Virus record (IMG/VR): IMGVR_UViG_3300037067_008064
Span: 252,177-316,176 of that record
From: a virus
Lineage: Duplodnaviria; Heunggongvirae; Uroviricota; Caudoviricetes
DNA: 64,000 bases
Reading direction: 5' to 3' (one strand)
Below the pieces are notes generated by a model, which had not been told where the DNA came from, ran no database searches, and saw nothing but the letters and a program-made list of their open reading frames with translations. Below, in pieces: positions 39,262 to 48,702 of this stretch. A program made the translations under genes and the position numbers. How positions within the stretch are numbered: the first letter of the stretch is position 1; each line of letters starts with the position of its first letter.

Positions 39262-40672
39262 ATTAACAGGATTAAGAATAGCAACTATTAATGGCCAGGG
39301 TGCTGAGGGTTGTGGTGTTCAAAGAACCACAGCTGAATTACAATTATGGGGAAAGAAAACTGGAAATGTAGTTGACTTTTATTCATTTGATATTAAAAAA
39401 TATTCAAGAGGTTCATTTCATAATATGGAAATGATATCTTTTAAAACCAAAGATATTCCAAAAATAACTAAAACAATAAATGAAAATTATGATATTGTTT
39501 TATTTATGTCTTATCCTCATAATAAATATGATCAACAAGCGTCTAAAGATTTCTATCATATACTATATAAAGGAATAATAAAACCTGTCAAAGTATTTTA
39601 TATGCATGAGATACATCGTATGAATAGTGATAAGATAAATTATATTGTTCCTATGATTGTAAATGCAGATTTAGTATTTCATTTTGATACTAATACTTGG
39701 TTTTCTAAAACAATAGATGAATTAGGATTTCAGAAAATTGGTGACCGTTTAAATAAATATACTCTTTGGATGAATTTTGATGAATTAAAAAATTTCTGGT
39801 CTAAAGAAAAAACAAAAGGTTTAGTAAGTGTTACACGATGGTCATCACTTAAAAATATTGGTAGAACAATAGAAATACAAAATCATATACTTAATGAACA
39901 TCCTAAATGGAATTGTAAAGTATATGGTGTGGAACGTTCAATTGGCGCAAAATTTGATATTTTAGATAGGCCTGATATAACTTATGTGAATGTAAATGGT
40001 AAAAGAGATGGTGATGGAAAAGTAGAAGTATATGGTCCTATTCCAAGAAACGAAGGATTGAAACATATTAGTGAATCTTATTTTGCATCTTCTTTTTTTA
40101 GTTTACCTAAAGCACCTGATAATTATGGTAATAGAATGGAGTATACACAAATAGAAATTATTGGTGTAGGCACGATTCCCGTATTTGATAAACATTGGGC
40201 TAAAAATAATAAGTTAAACGATGGTCGTTATTATTATGATATACCTTATTCAGCAATTTATACTGATGGAACTGATACTGAAGAGGTTGCAAAAAAATTA
40301 ATTAAACTAATTAATCAACCAGGTGAACAAGTTAAATATCTAAAGACCTCATTTGATTTGGTTTATAATGAATTTAATGCAGATACTGTTATTCCAAAAG
40401 CTTTAAATCTTATATTAGAAAAAGGAAAAAATCCAATTCAATTAAGTGATTATGAAATTTGTGAAAAATTTGTTAATAAAGATTTTGCTGATAAAGTAAA
40501 AGAAGTAGAAGATAAGGGTCTTATACCATGTTTAGGTATTGGTGAATTTCAAGAACAAAATGTTTATTTTTTAGATGAACATAAACAAAAACTTTATGCT
40601 AAATGTAAGATAAAAACTAAAAAGGAAACTAAAATTAAAAAGAACGTAAAACAAATTAAAGCATTATTCTAA
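39242..40672 (+). CDS. DNA alpha-glucosyltransferase homologue (T4 a-gt family, GT-B)
   Basis: GAEGCGVQR vs T4 GLEGCGVTK; YMHEIH vs YQHDH; GVERS vs GLERS; MEYTQIEIIGVGTIPVF vs LEYTHLELGACGTIPVF. Confidence 0.85.
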   Translation: MNKMKNKLTGLRIATINGQGAEGCGVQRTTAELQLWGKKTGNVVDFYSFDIKKYSRGSFHNMEMISFKTKDIPKITKTINENYDIVLFMSYPHNKYDQQASKDFYHILYKGIIKPVKVFYMHEIHRMNSDKINYIVPMIVNADLVFHFDTNTWFSKTIDELGFQKIGDRLNKYTLWMNFDELKNFWSKEKTKGLVSVTRWSSLKNIGRTIEIQNHILNEHPKWNCKVYGVERSIGAKFDILDRPDITYVNVNGKRDGDGKVEVYGPIPRNEGLKHISESYFASSFFSLPKAPDNYGNRMEYTQIEIIGVGTIPVFDKHWAKNNKLNDGRYYYDIPYSAIYTDGTDTEEVAKKLIKLINQPGEQVKYLKTSFDLVYNEFNADTVIPKALNLILEKGKNPIQLSDYEICEKFVNKDFADKVKEVEDKGLIPCLGIGEFQEQNVYFLDEHKQKLYAKCKIKTKKETKIKKNVKQIKALF

Positions 40673-41524
40673 ATGGATATAATTACTGAAATAAAAGATG
40701 AATTACAATTACCAATACAAATACATAACTGCAATTTTAATACACCGTGTATACAATTTTTATCTTTAAATAAAAATAATCAAGATTGTTTTGGTTCAAC
40801 TTTATCGTTTGAACCAAAACAAACATATGTTAAATTAGAAGAACATGATACTTCTATAACTTATACTAATGAACAAAGAGAAGATCTTGAAAAAACATTA
40901 GATATTAATTTTGAGAGTTTAATGTTTAATGAACTTAAAGGAAGTATAAAACGCCAAATTCAATTAGATTTTTTGACTATTTTAGATAAAGTATCTAATA
41001 AAAATCTTGATAAATTATCTAGGTTTAATAAAATATTAACATGGATTCTAAGATTATTTAATTTTGAATATGTTAAAAAAACTAAAATAAAAAATCTTGA
41101 TGAATTTATGAGATTAACAAGTAAAGCTTTTATAAATTTGTATACTAATAAATTTTTAGTTGGAAAGCAATTTGTAATTATTCCGCCTAAATTCTTATTT
41201 AAATTAGGATTAGATTCATCACAATATTTTACTAGAGACCCTAATGTATCAACAACATGCTATAATAGTATAGCATTATTTGGAAAATTAAATCATGTAG
41301 ATATTTATATTAATCATTTAAATGATAATATTTATTGTGGCGTTCAACAAGAAGATGTACACGAAGGAATATATTTAATTTATTCTTCAAAAAATAAAAT
41401 ATCAACATGTCTTGCTGATGATTTTATTAATAATATTTTAAGAGTTAGATTGTTTTATGCCTTTAAAGAAGTTGGTGATGATGCTTATTTAAATTACAAA
41501 AAATTAAATATTAAAATGAAATAA
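40673..41524 (+). CDS. Divergent truncated paralogue of the major capsid protein (gp23/gp24-like)
   Basis: Colinear similarity by eye to the C-terminal half of the MCP at 58431-60194. Confidence 0.7.
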   Translation: MDIITEIKDELQLPIQIHNCNFNTPCIQFLSLNKNNQDCFGSTLSFEPKQTYVKLEEHDTSITYTNEQREDLEKTLDINFESLMFNELKGSIKRQIQLDFLTILDKVSNKNLDKLSRFNKILTWILRLFNFEYVKKTKIKNLDEFMRLTSKAFINLYTNKFLVGKQFVIIPPKFLFKLGLDSSQYFTRDPNVSTTCYNSIALFGKLNHVDIYINHLNDNIYCGVQQEDVHEGIYLIYSSKNKISTCLADDFINNILRVRLFYAFKEVGDDAYLNYKKLNIKMK

Positions 41525-41525
41525 T

Positions 41526-41696
41526 ATGAGTGATGGTATTAGTGATATGGATTGGGATGATAAAACTTATGAAGAAAGATTATTAGAACAAACCCAAAAA
41601 GAAAATGGGCAACTTAAAAAAGAAGTTGTAGAATTAAAAAAAGAAATTGAGTTACTTAAAAATACTATTGAATTATTAAAATACATTAAAAAATAA
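41526..41696 (+). CDS. 56-aa coiled-coil protein (not in ORF track)
   Basis: Fills the gap exactly; heptad pattern. Confidence 0.6.
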   Translation: MSDGISDMDWDDKTYEERLLEQTQKENGQLKKEVVELKKEIELLKNTIELLKYIKK

Positions 41697-41697
41697 T

Positions 41698-41913
41698 ATG
41701 GCTGAAATAAATTATACTAAAGACCCGTGGGGTGGTGATTCTTATTACATTAAAAAAGAATCATTAGAAGATTATATTAAGTGGAATATTATCTGTCAAG
41801 CTTTTATGAAATATAATGCTGAAGAACTTGAACAAAGGTTAGATGAAGAAAATGTTGTTATATCTTCTGCACAATTAGAAATGTTAGAACGTTTGGCTGT
41901 AGACCCAGATTAA
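41698..41913 (+). CDS. Hypothetical protein
   Basis: ORF. Confidence 0.6.
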   Translation: MAEINYTKDPWGGDSYYIKKESLEDYIKWNIICQAFMKYNAEELEQRLDEENVVISSAQLEMLERLAVDPD

Positions 41914-41924
41914 AGTTATCTAAA

Positions 41925-42143
41925 ATGAAAAAATATAAATACATAAATATTAAAAATATTAATGATGAATCTTTTGAAAATCATTTAGTATATAGAATAT
42001 TTAATAATAGAAGTGGCGAGCAATTAGGAATAATATCTTATTATAAACCTTGGAAAGAATATGTTTTTTCTTCACAACCACATTGTGTATTTAATAATGG
42101 TTGTTTAAAAGATGTTTTAGATTTTATTGAAAATTATATATAA
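41925..42143 (+). CDS. Hypothetical phage protein
   Basis: LGII.YY.PWK.YVF ... CL.D motif. Confidence 0.6.
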   Translation: MKKYKYINIKNINDESFENHLVYRIFNNRSGEQLGIISYYKPWKEYVFSSQPHCVFNNGCLKDVLDFIENYI

Positions 42144-42872
42144 ATGACACATATATTAAATAAAATATTTGAACAAGTAGTTTGTATTAATCTTATTAAT
42201 CGTAATGATAAAAAGATTATAATGCAAGAAAAATTTAATAACCTTGGTATTAATGTAGAATGGTGTGAGAGTGTAACTTATGGATTTGCACCACAGGTTG
42301 TTAAATCAATTGTAGGTTCAAAGGTCGGAGAATTTAATTTAGAACAACCTAATGAATTGGGCGCTGCTTTAAGCCATTATACAGTTATTAAATATGCTTA
42401 TGAAATTGGTTTAAAATCTATATTTGTATTTGAAGATGATTGTTTATTTTATAAAGACTTTAATAATTTAATAGAAAAATCATTAAATGAATTACCAGAT
42501 AATTGGGATATGATAATGCTTTATTCTTTTATGTATAAAATAATGAATGAAAACATCAGAATAAATAAAAGATGGATGAAAGCATTTAATTCATGGAGTT
42601 TATTAGCTTATGGTATGAACCGTCAAATGATGAAAGATTATATTGATGAACAAGATAGAATGTTTCAAATTGCCGACAAAGCTTCTCTAAGATTACAAAC
42701 TAATCATAAGGTTTATATTAGTGTTCCTTGTTTAGTTATTCCTAATACTAAGATGGGTTCTGATATTAGAAAAGAAATGAATTATAATTCTAAAACATTA
42801 ATACAATCCAGTGATGGTGTATTAATACCAAATATATTAATGTTTGGAGTTAATAAAGAAAATTATATATGA
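42144..42872 (+). CDS. GT25-like glycosyltransferase
   Basis: CINL..R.DK, ELGAALSH, VFEDD, LPDNWDMIML. Confidence 0.85.
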   Translation: MTHILNKIFEQVVCINLINRNDKKIIMQEKFNNLGINVEWCESVTYGFAPQVVKSIVGSKVGEFNLEQPNELGAALSHYTVIKYAYEIGLKSIFVFEDDCLFYKDFNNLIEKSLNELPDNWDMIMLYSFMYKIMNENIRINKRWMKAFNSWSLLAYGMNRQMMKDYIDEQDRMFQIADKASLRLQTNHKVYISVPCLVIPNTKMGSDIRKEMNYNSKTLIQSSDGVLIPNILMFGVNKENYI

Positions 42873-43657
42873 TAGATTTTATTAATGCAGCTACATATGA
42901 AGATATATGTAATTATTCTATAATGCCTGCGGAAGATAAAAGATTTGTAACTGAAATTTTATATAAGAATAATATTATTTTTTGTAAAACAGATTTTATA
43001 GATTACCTATTTCAATTTTTAAAATCATCAATTCATAAATATATTCTTATTACACATCATTCTGATTATCCAATTGATTTTAATAGATTTTCAAAAAAAC
43101 CAGATTGTATTAAGAAATGGTTTGCTATAAATGCAACCTATTCACATAAAGATTTAGTACCAATTCCATTAGGATTAAAAACTCATAGAGGTATTTATTT
43201 AGAAAAAAATATTAAAACAGAATGGTTGGGAAATAATGCTAATTTGTTAAATAAAAGAAATAAAGACCCTAAAATAGTATATTGTAATTGGGGAGATACC
43301 AATCCTGATAGAAATAAAATTTTACAACAATTGAATGTTAAATATTTTCATGAAACTAACATACCTTTCATGGATTACTGCATGCATATGGCTACATATC
43401 AATTTGTTATATCTCCTCCAGGTAATGGATTAGATAATCATAGAACCTGGGAAGCAATGTATTGCGGATGTTATCCAATCGTCATCAAGAATAAAATTTA
43501 TGATGCATTTGATGGATTACCTATCTTACAAGTAAATGATTATTCAGACGTGTCTGAAGAACTTTTGGATAGGTTCTCTCATAAAACATTTAACTATGAA
43601 AAATTATATATGGAATACTGGAAAAATTTAATATTAAACGAATTTAAAAAATTTTAA
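42869..43657 (+). CDS. Exostosin (GT47)-like glycosyltransferase
   Basis: FVISPPGNGLDNHRTWEAMYCGCYPIV. Confidence 0.8.
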   Translation: MIDFINAATYEDICNYSIMPAEDKRFVTEILYKNNIIFCKTDFIDYLFQFLKSSIHKYILITHHSDYPIDFNRFSKKPDCIKKWFAINATYSHKDLVPIPLGLKTHRGIYLEKNIKTEWLGNNANLLNKRNKDPKIVYCNWGDTNPDRNKILQQLNVKYFHETNIPFMDYCMHMATYQFVISPPGNGLDNHRTWEAMYCGCYPIVIKNKIYDAFDGLPILQVNDYSDVSEELLDRFSHKTFNYEKLYMEYWKNLILNEFKKF

Positions 43658-43658
43658 A

Positions 43659-44177
43659 ATGAAATTAAAGATTTATGCAGCTGGTCCAGATGTTTTTCGT
43701 GGTGATGCTAAATTATATTTTGATAACTTAAAAAGGCTTGGTGAAAAATATGGATTTATTATTTTATGTCCTTTTGATACCAATGTAATTGAAGATACGA
43801 AACCAAACCAAGCACGGCAAATAGCTAAGAATAACTTTGAGTTGATTGATGAGTGTGATATTATTGTCGCTAATTTAAGAAGTTTTAGAGGTGTTGGTGT
43901 GGATGATGGAACCTGTATTGAAATAGGTTATGGGTATAATGGTGGAAAAATAATTTGCGGGTACTGCGAAGATGATAGTTTATATAAAGAAAAAGCCGAA
44001 CATTATTTTATGAATATGACCAATGGCTTGTTTTACAAAAAAGAATTTCCGGACGTCGAAGATTTTGATCTGAGTTTTAACTTAATGATTCATAATGCCA
44101 TTATGTTTAGTGGCGGTGTTATTAAACATTCATTCGAAGAAGTATTACAGGAATTAAACAAAGAACTTAAATTTTAA
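43659..44177 (+). CDS. Nucleoside 2-deoxyribosyltransferase family protein
   Basis: IYAAGPDVF ... D.IVANL..FRG ... DDGTCIEIGY ... NLMI. Confidence 0.85.
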   Translation: MKLKIYAAGPDVFRGDAKLYFDNLKRLGEKYGFIILCPFDTNVIEDTKPNQARQIAKNNFELIDECDIIVANLRSFRGVGVDDGTCIEIGYGYNGGKIICGYCEDDSLYKEKAEHYFMNMTNGLFYKKEFPDVEDFDLSFNLMIHNAIMFSGGVIKHSFEEVLQELNKELKF

Positions 44178-44183
44178 ATTATT

Positions 44184-44462
44184 ATGGAAGAATTATGGCA
44201 ATCTTGGCATGAACCAACACAAGAAGAAATTGAACAAAATAAAATAGAACTTCAAAAAGAATATGAGTCTGGACTTGAATGTTGTTTAAGTTGTGATAAT
44301 TTTATTTCTTTTATGGCTGAAGCAGGATTTTGTAAAGTTGCAGAATGTAATTGTATTTGTAAAAATCCAAAAGCTATGATTGATATGTGGAATAAAAGAT
44401 GTGATAAATGGATTCTTAGTCCAACATATTTAACTCCAGAAGAATATGAATTAACAAATTAA
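44184..44462 (+). CDS. Cys-rich small protein
   Basis: CCLSC ... GFC ... CDKW. Confidence 0.6.
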   Translation: MEELWQSWHEPTQEEIEQNKIELQKEYESGLECCLSCDNFISFMAEAGFCKVAECNCICKNPKAMIDMWNKRCDKWILSPTYLTPEEYELTN

Positions 44463-44473
44463 AAGAATATATT

Positions 44474-44752
44474 ATGGAAATAATGAACAAAGAAAACAAA
44501 GAACTATTAGTTGAAAAATTAAATCAATTAAAAGAATTTGGTTATACATTTAGATATAATCCAAATGTTGAAAATAGTGCATGGTTATTTGCTCAAAATA
44601 AATGTATAACAATTGGCCCGGAAATAACATTAACTAGTTTAATAACTTTTTGTAATGATATTATTCAAAAAGAAACTTATTTAAAATCAGGCGAATCACA
44701 AAAAATTATAGATATATTAACTGAAGTAGGAATGATAGATAAAAAAATATAA
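44474..44752 (+). CDS. Small hypothetical protein (tandem paralogue A)
   Basis: Similar to the next gene (LLVEKLN ... QKIIDIL.E.G). Confidence 0.7.
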   Translation: MEIMNKENKELLVEKLNQLKEFGYTFRYNPNVENSAWLFAQNKCITIGPEITLTSLITFCNDIIQKETYLKSGESQKIIDILTEVGMIDKKI

Positions 44753-44754
44753 TC

Positions 44755-45006
44755 ATGGAAAATAAATTATTAGAAGAAAAATTAAACAAAGTTAAAGAAC
44801 TTGGTTGGAAATTTAAATATGACCCTGAACAAGGCACAGGTTATGGTGCTCACGGTGGTTCTAAAGTATTAACTATTGGTAGAATTAAAGCGGATGATTT
44901 AGAAAGATTATGTGATTGGGTAATTGACCAAGAAAATTATCTTCAAAAAAGAGAACCACAAAAAATATTAGATATATTAAATGAAATGGGAATTTTAGAA
45001 AAATAA
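44755..45006 (+). CDS. Small hypothetical protein (tandem paralogue B)
   Basis: LLEEKLN ... QKILDILNEMG. Confidence 0.7.
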   Translation: MENKLLEEKLNKVKELGWKFKYDPEQGTGYGAHGGSKVLTIGRIKADDLERLCDWVIDQENYLQKREPQKILDILNEMGILEK

Positions 45007-45010
45007 AAAT

Positions 45011-45346
45011 ATGATTAAAGTTTATATTGCAAGTCCTTATACTAAAGGCGACGTAGCAGTTAATGTTAAATTACAGCTCGATACATTTGATGAATTAATG
45101 ACCCTTGGTTTTGCACCACATGCTCCATTATATTCTCATTTTCAACACATGGCTCATCCAAGACCTTATGAAGATTGGTTAAAGAATGATTTGGAATGGT
45201 TACCTACATGTGATTGTATATTAAGATTACCGGGTGAATCATCTGGAGCAGATAGAGAAATTGCAAGAGCCAAAGAACTTGGTTTACTTGTATTTTATTC
45301 AATTAAAGAATTATGTAAATTTTACGGAAAATCTCCAAATAGATAA
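45011..45346 (+). CDS. NDT-superfamily (DUF4406/DUF1937-like) protein
   Basis: KVYIASPYT ... CDCILRLPGESSGADRE. Confidence 0.8.
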   Translation: MIKVYIASPYTKGDVAVNVKLQLDTFDELMTLGFAPHAPLYSHFQHMAHPRPYEDWLKNDLEWLPTCDCILRLPGESSGADREIARAKELGLLVFYSIKELCKFYGKSPNR

Positions 45347-45349
45347 AAA

Positions 45350-46216
45350 ATGAAAGAAACTATTCGCATTTGTTTTTGTGATTTTTGGCCGGAAATAAAA
45401 CAGGAAGATATTTTTACACCAATTTTATCTAAATACTTTAATGTAATTGTAGATAATAATAAACCCGATGTAGTCTTTCATTCTATATTTAATGGAATGA
45501 AAGACATTAGTAAATATCCAAAGGCTAAAAAAATATTATTCATTGGTGAAAATAGAAGACCTGATTTTACAAAAACTAATTTTGCAATATCATTTGATAA
45601 AGGTTCAGATATAAATTACAGATTACCATTGTGGCAATATTTTATTTTGCTAAGACCTGAATATAAAGAAGTTTTATTTAAAGAAAAAACTGAAGTACCA
45701 GAATATGATAGGTTCTGTTCATTTACTGTATCTAACCCAGGCAATTTTATGAGGAATGGTTTATACACAACATTAAATCAATATAAGCGTGTACATTCTT
45801 ATGGAAGATACTTAAATAATTGCATGGACTTAATTAAAATATCTGATAAACAATATTGGAGAGATGCAAAAGATATTTTCTTCAGTAATGTATTACATAA
45901 ATTTTGTATTGCTTATGAAAATAATTCATACCCATATTATTGTACCGAAAAAATAATGGATGCATTTCTTGGTTCCTCAATCCCTATATATTGGGGTGAC
46001 CCAAAGATTATGGAAGATTTTAATGAGAAAGCATTTATTAATGCTAATAAAACATCAACACAAGAAATTATAAATCAGATTAAATTATTAGATCAAAAAC
46101 CAGATTTATTTGAGCATGTTTATAAACAACCTATATTTACAGAAGAACAGCAATTAAAATTATTAGATAATTTAGATGAATTTGAACACTGGCTTGTTGG
46201 AAAAATAAATTCTTAA
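45350..46216 (+). CDS. GT10 alpha-1,3-fucosyltransferase-like protein
   Basis: FCSFTVSNP ... KFCIAYEN ... Y.TEKI.DAF ... IPIYWG. Confidence 0.9.
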   Translation: MKETIRICFCDFWPEIKQEDIFTPILSKYFNVIVDNNKPDVVFHSIFNGMKDISKYPKAKKILFIGENRRPDFTKTNFAISFDKGSDINYRLPLWQYFILLRPEYKEVLFKEKTEVPEYDRFCSFTVSNPGNFMRNGLYTTLNQYKRVHSYGRYLNNCMDLIKISDKQYWRDAKDIFFSNVLHKFCIAYENNSYPYYCTEKIMDAFLGSSIPIYWGDPKIMEDFNEKAFINANKTSTQEIINQIKLLDQKPDLFEHVYKQPIFTEEQQLKLLDNLDEFEHWLVGKINS

Positions 46217-46217
46217 A

Positions 46218-46923
46218 ATGAAAATAGCACTATGTTTTTCCGGTCAGCCAAGATTTGTTAAACAAACATATCAAAATTATTTAGATAATTTAATATTACC
46301 AAATAATATAGAAGATATATTTGTTCATTGCTGGTGGGATGAAACTAAAATACACGAACCCGTTATTACATCATGGGAAAGCGTAGGTGCTCATTTAAAT
46401 TTATATGTGGAAGGTGATGCTATTAATTTTATTAAAGAAAAATATAATCCTAAATTATTAGTATATGAAAAAGATGATTTTTCAAAATACATAAACGAGG
46501 GTGAATTTGGTAAAAAAGAAATTACACAACCAGTAATTTTTCAATCAATGTGTAATTCTATTTATAAGTGTAATGAATTTAGAAAACAATATGAACAAGA
46601 AAATAATTTAAAATATGATTTAATAATAAGAACTAGATTTGATTTAAATATTCTTGAAAAAGTGGATTTAAATAATGTTGATGATAAGTATTTATACATT
46701 CCGGCATGTAATTTTAAAGCACATTGTGTTATAAATGATCAATTTGCTTTTGGAGATTCTGATACAATGGATATTTATAGCAATATATTTAAACATGAAA
46801 GAATTTGCGGAAAGAAAATGTATATTTAATTCAGAAAAATTATTTTATGATTATTTTATACATATAGTTAAAATGGATCAAATAAAAGATTTTGATATTA
46901 AAACAGAAATAATAAGAAAATAA
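46218..46923 (+). pseudogene. Glycosyltransferase-like gene with apparent frameshift near 46790
   Basis: MKIALCFSGQPR ... YDLIIRTRFD ... NDQFAFG; the shifted frame continues FNSEKLF ... to 46923, abutting ATG 46927. Confidence 0.6.
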
Positions 46924-46926
46924 AAT

Positions 46927-47478
46927 ATGTATTGGGAAAACATTGAGGGTTGGTTTACATTTCAGAATTTATATAAAAATATGATATCTTCTGCAAAAGA
47001 TAATTATATTTTTGTAGAGATAGGAACTTGGAAAGGTAAATCAACAGTATTTATGGCTGAACAAATAAAAGAAACTAAAAAGAAAATTAAATTTTATGCT
47101 ATAGATACATTTGTTGGAACGGCTGGTTATGAAACTTGGGATTCAGTAGTAAATAAAACATTATATGATGAATATTTAAAAAATATTGAGCCTGTTAAAG
47201 ATTATATAATTACAATTAAAGGAAATAGTAATATAGTTCATAGTCAATTTGAAAATGATACTATTGATTTTATTTTTATAGATGGTGATCATACTTATGA
47301 GGGTGTTTCTGCAGATTTAAAAGGGTGGTACCCTAAATTAAAAGTGGGCGGAGTTATAGCTGGACATGATTATAATGAACCTAACACCGGTGTTAAGCTA
47401 GCAGTAGATTCTTTTTTTATGTTTAAAGCTACTACGGCTTTAGAAGATTGGCATTCATGGATTTTTAAAAAACATTAA
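46927..47478 (+). CDS. Class I SAM methyltransferase (Methyltransf_24-like)
   Basis: VEIGTWKGKS ... FIDGDH.Y ... GGVIAGHDY. Confidence 0.9.
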   Translation: MYWENIEGWFTFQNLYKNMISSAKDNYIFVEIGTWKGKSTVFMAEQIKETKKKIKFYAIDTFVGTAGYETWDSVVNKTLYDEYLKNIEPVKDYIITIKGNSNIVHSQFENDTIDFIFIDGDHTYEGVSADLKGWYPKLKVGGVIAGHDYNEPNTGVKLAVDSFFMFKATTALEDWHSWIFKKH

Positions 47479-47479
47479 T

Positions 47480-48157
47480 ATGTATATGCATTGCCCGATA
47501 ATATTATTAAATTTAGAAAGAGCAGAAGAAAGAAAACAAAAAATTATTTCTCAGTTTTCTGAATTAGGAATTGAAGATTATTTTGTGTTTCCAGCATTAG
47601 ATGGAAAGGATATTAAAAATCAATCTTTATCTTGTGGAATTATACAAGGGTATGGATTAGGCAGAAAATTATCTTATGGCGAATTGTGTATTACGTTATC
47701 TCATATTAGTATTTTAAAATTTGCACAAATAATGAATTTTGATAAAATAATAATTTTAGAAGATGACATAGTATTATGTAAAGATTGGGTTGCCAGAATA
47801 AATAAATTAATAGATATTTTACCAGATGATTGGGAACATGTTTATTTATCTGGTCATTCTGATTATGTTAAACTCCCTAAATTAGATAAAATTAATTTAT
47901 CACCATCTCCTAAAATAATTGGTACTTGGTCATATATGGTTAATAAAACTGCTTATAGTAAAATGATTAAATATTTGATGGGTTTATATACTACAACTGA
48001 TGATATGATTATGCATATGATAGAAATAGGTAAACTAAAATCATATACATATTTACCATTTGTTACATATGTAGCAGATAGTTTTAGTGATAACTTTAAT
48101 TCAATGACAACCAATCACCCAAGTATTAAATATTTTAATGAAAACATTGAATTATGA
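47480..48157 (+). CDS. GT25-like glycosyltransferase
   Basis: LNLERA.ER, GELCITLSH, ILEDD, LPDDW. Confidence 0.85.
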   Translation: MYMHCPIILLNLERAEERKQKIISQFSELGIEDYFVFPALDGKDIKNQSLSCGIIQGYGLGRKLSYGELCITLSHISILKFAQIMNFDKIIILEDDIVLCKDWVARINKLIDILPDDWEHVYLSGHSDYVKLPKLDKINLSPSPKIIGTWSYMVNKTAYSKMIKYLMGLYTTTDDMIMHMIEIGKLKSYTYLPFVTYVADSFSDNFNSMTTNHPSIKYFNENIEL

Positions 48158-48702
48158 AATTGTTTCATTTAACAGAAAGTAAAAATTTAAATTCAATATT
48201 AAAATATGGATTGTTGCCGTTTAAAATTTTAAATGAAAATCATTATGAAGATTTTAAAAAATACGGATTAATAGAAAATAAATGTATTTATACATGGGAT
48301 TCAGAACATTATAATAATAGTAAATTTATTAAAGATTTTATCTATTGCAAATTTTTTATACACCCTAGAAATAAATTATATTCTTGTGTTGATCATGAAA
48401 TAGATTTTTCAAAATATGGAAAAAGATTATATAATTTTTTTCCTTCTTTTGTTTTATTAGAAATAGATTATGAAAATAATAAAAATGTTTTTTTAGATAA
48501 AACATGGATTCATGTACAAGAACCCGATGATTCTGAATTTCATACACTACATTATATGGATGAAAAATATAGTCATGACAATAAAACAATTTATATTGCA
48601 AAACATAAAATCAATAATGTAAAACCTATTGAGGAAATTTTTGTAAGAATATATAAACACGATAATTTAGGATTTACATTTAGAAAATATAAACATGATT
48701 AA
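48154..48702 (+). CDS. ADP-ribosyltransferase-like (KptA/DarT-type N-terminus) protein
   Basis: LFHLT...NLNSILKYGL.P ... VLLEID. Confidence 0.55.
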   Translation: MKLFHLTESKNLNSILKYGLLPFKILNENHYEDFKKYGLIENKCIYTWDSEHYNNSKFIKDFIYCKFFIHPRNKLYSCVDHEIDFSKYGKRLYNFFPSFVLLEIDYENNKNVFLDKTWIHVQEPDDSEFHTLHYMDEKYSHDNKTIYIAKHKINNVKPIEEIFVRIYKHDNLGFTFRKYKHD

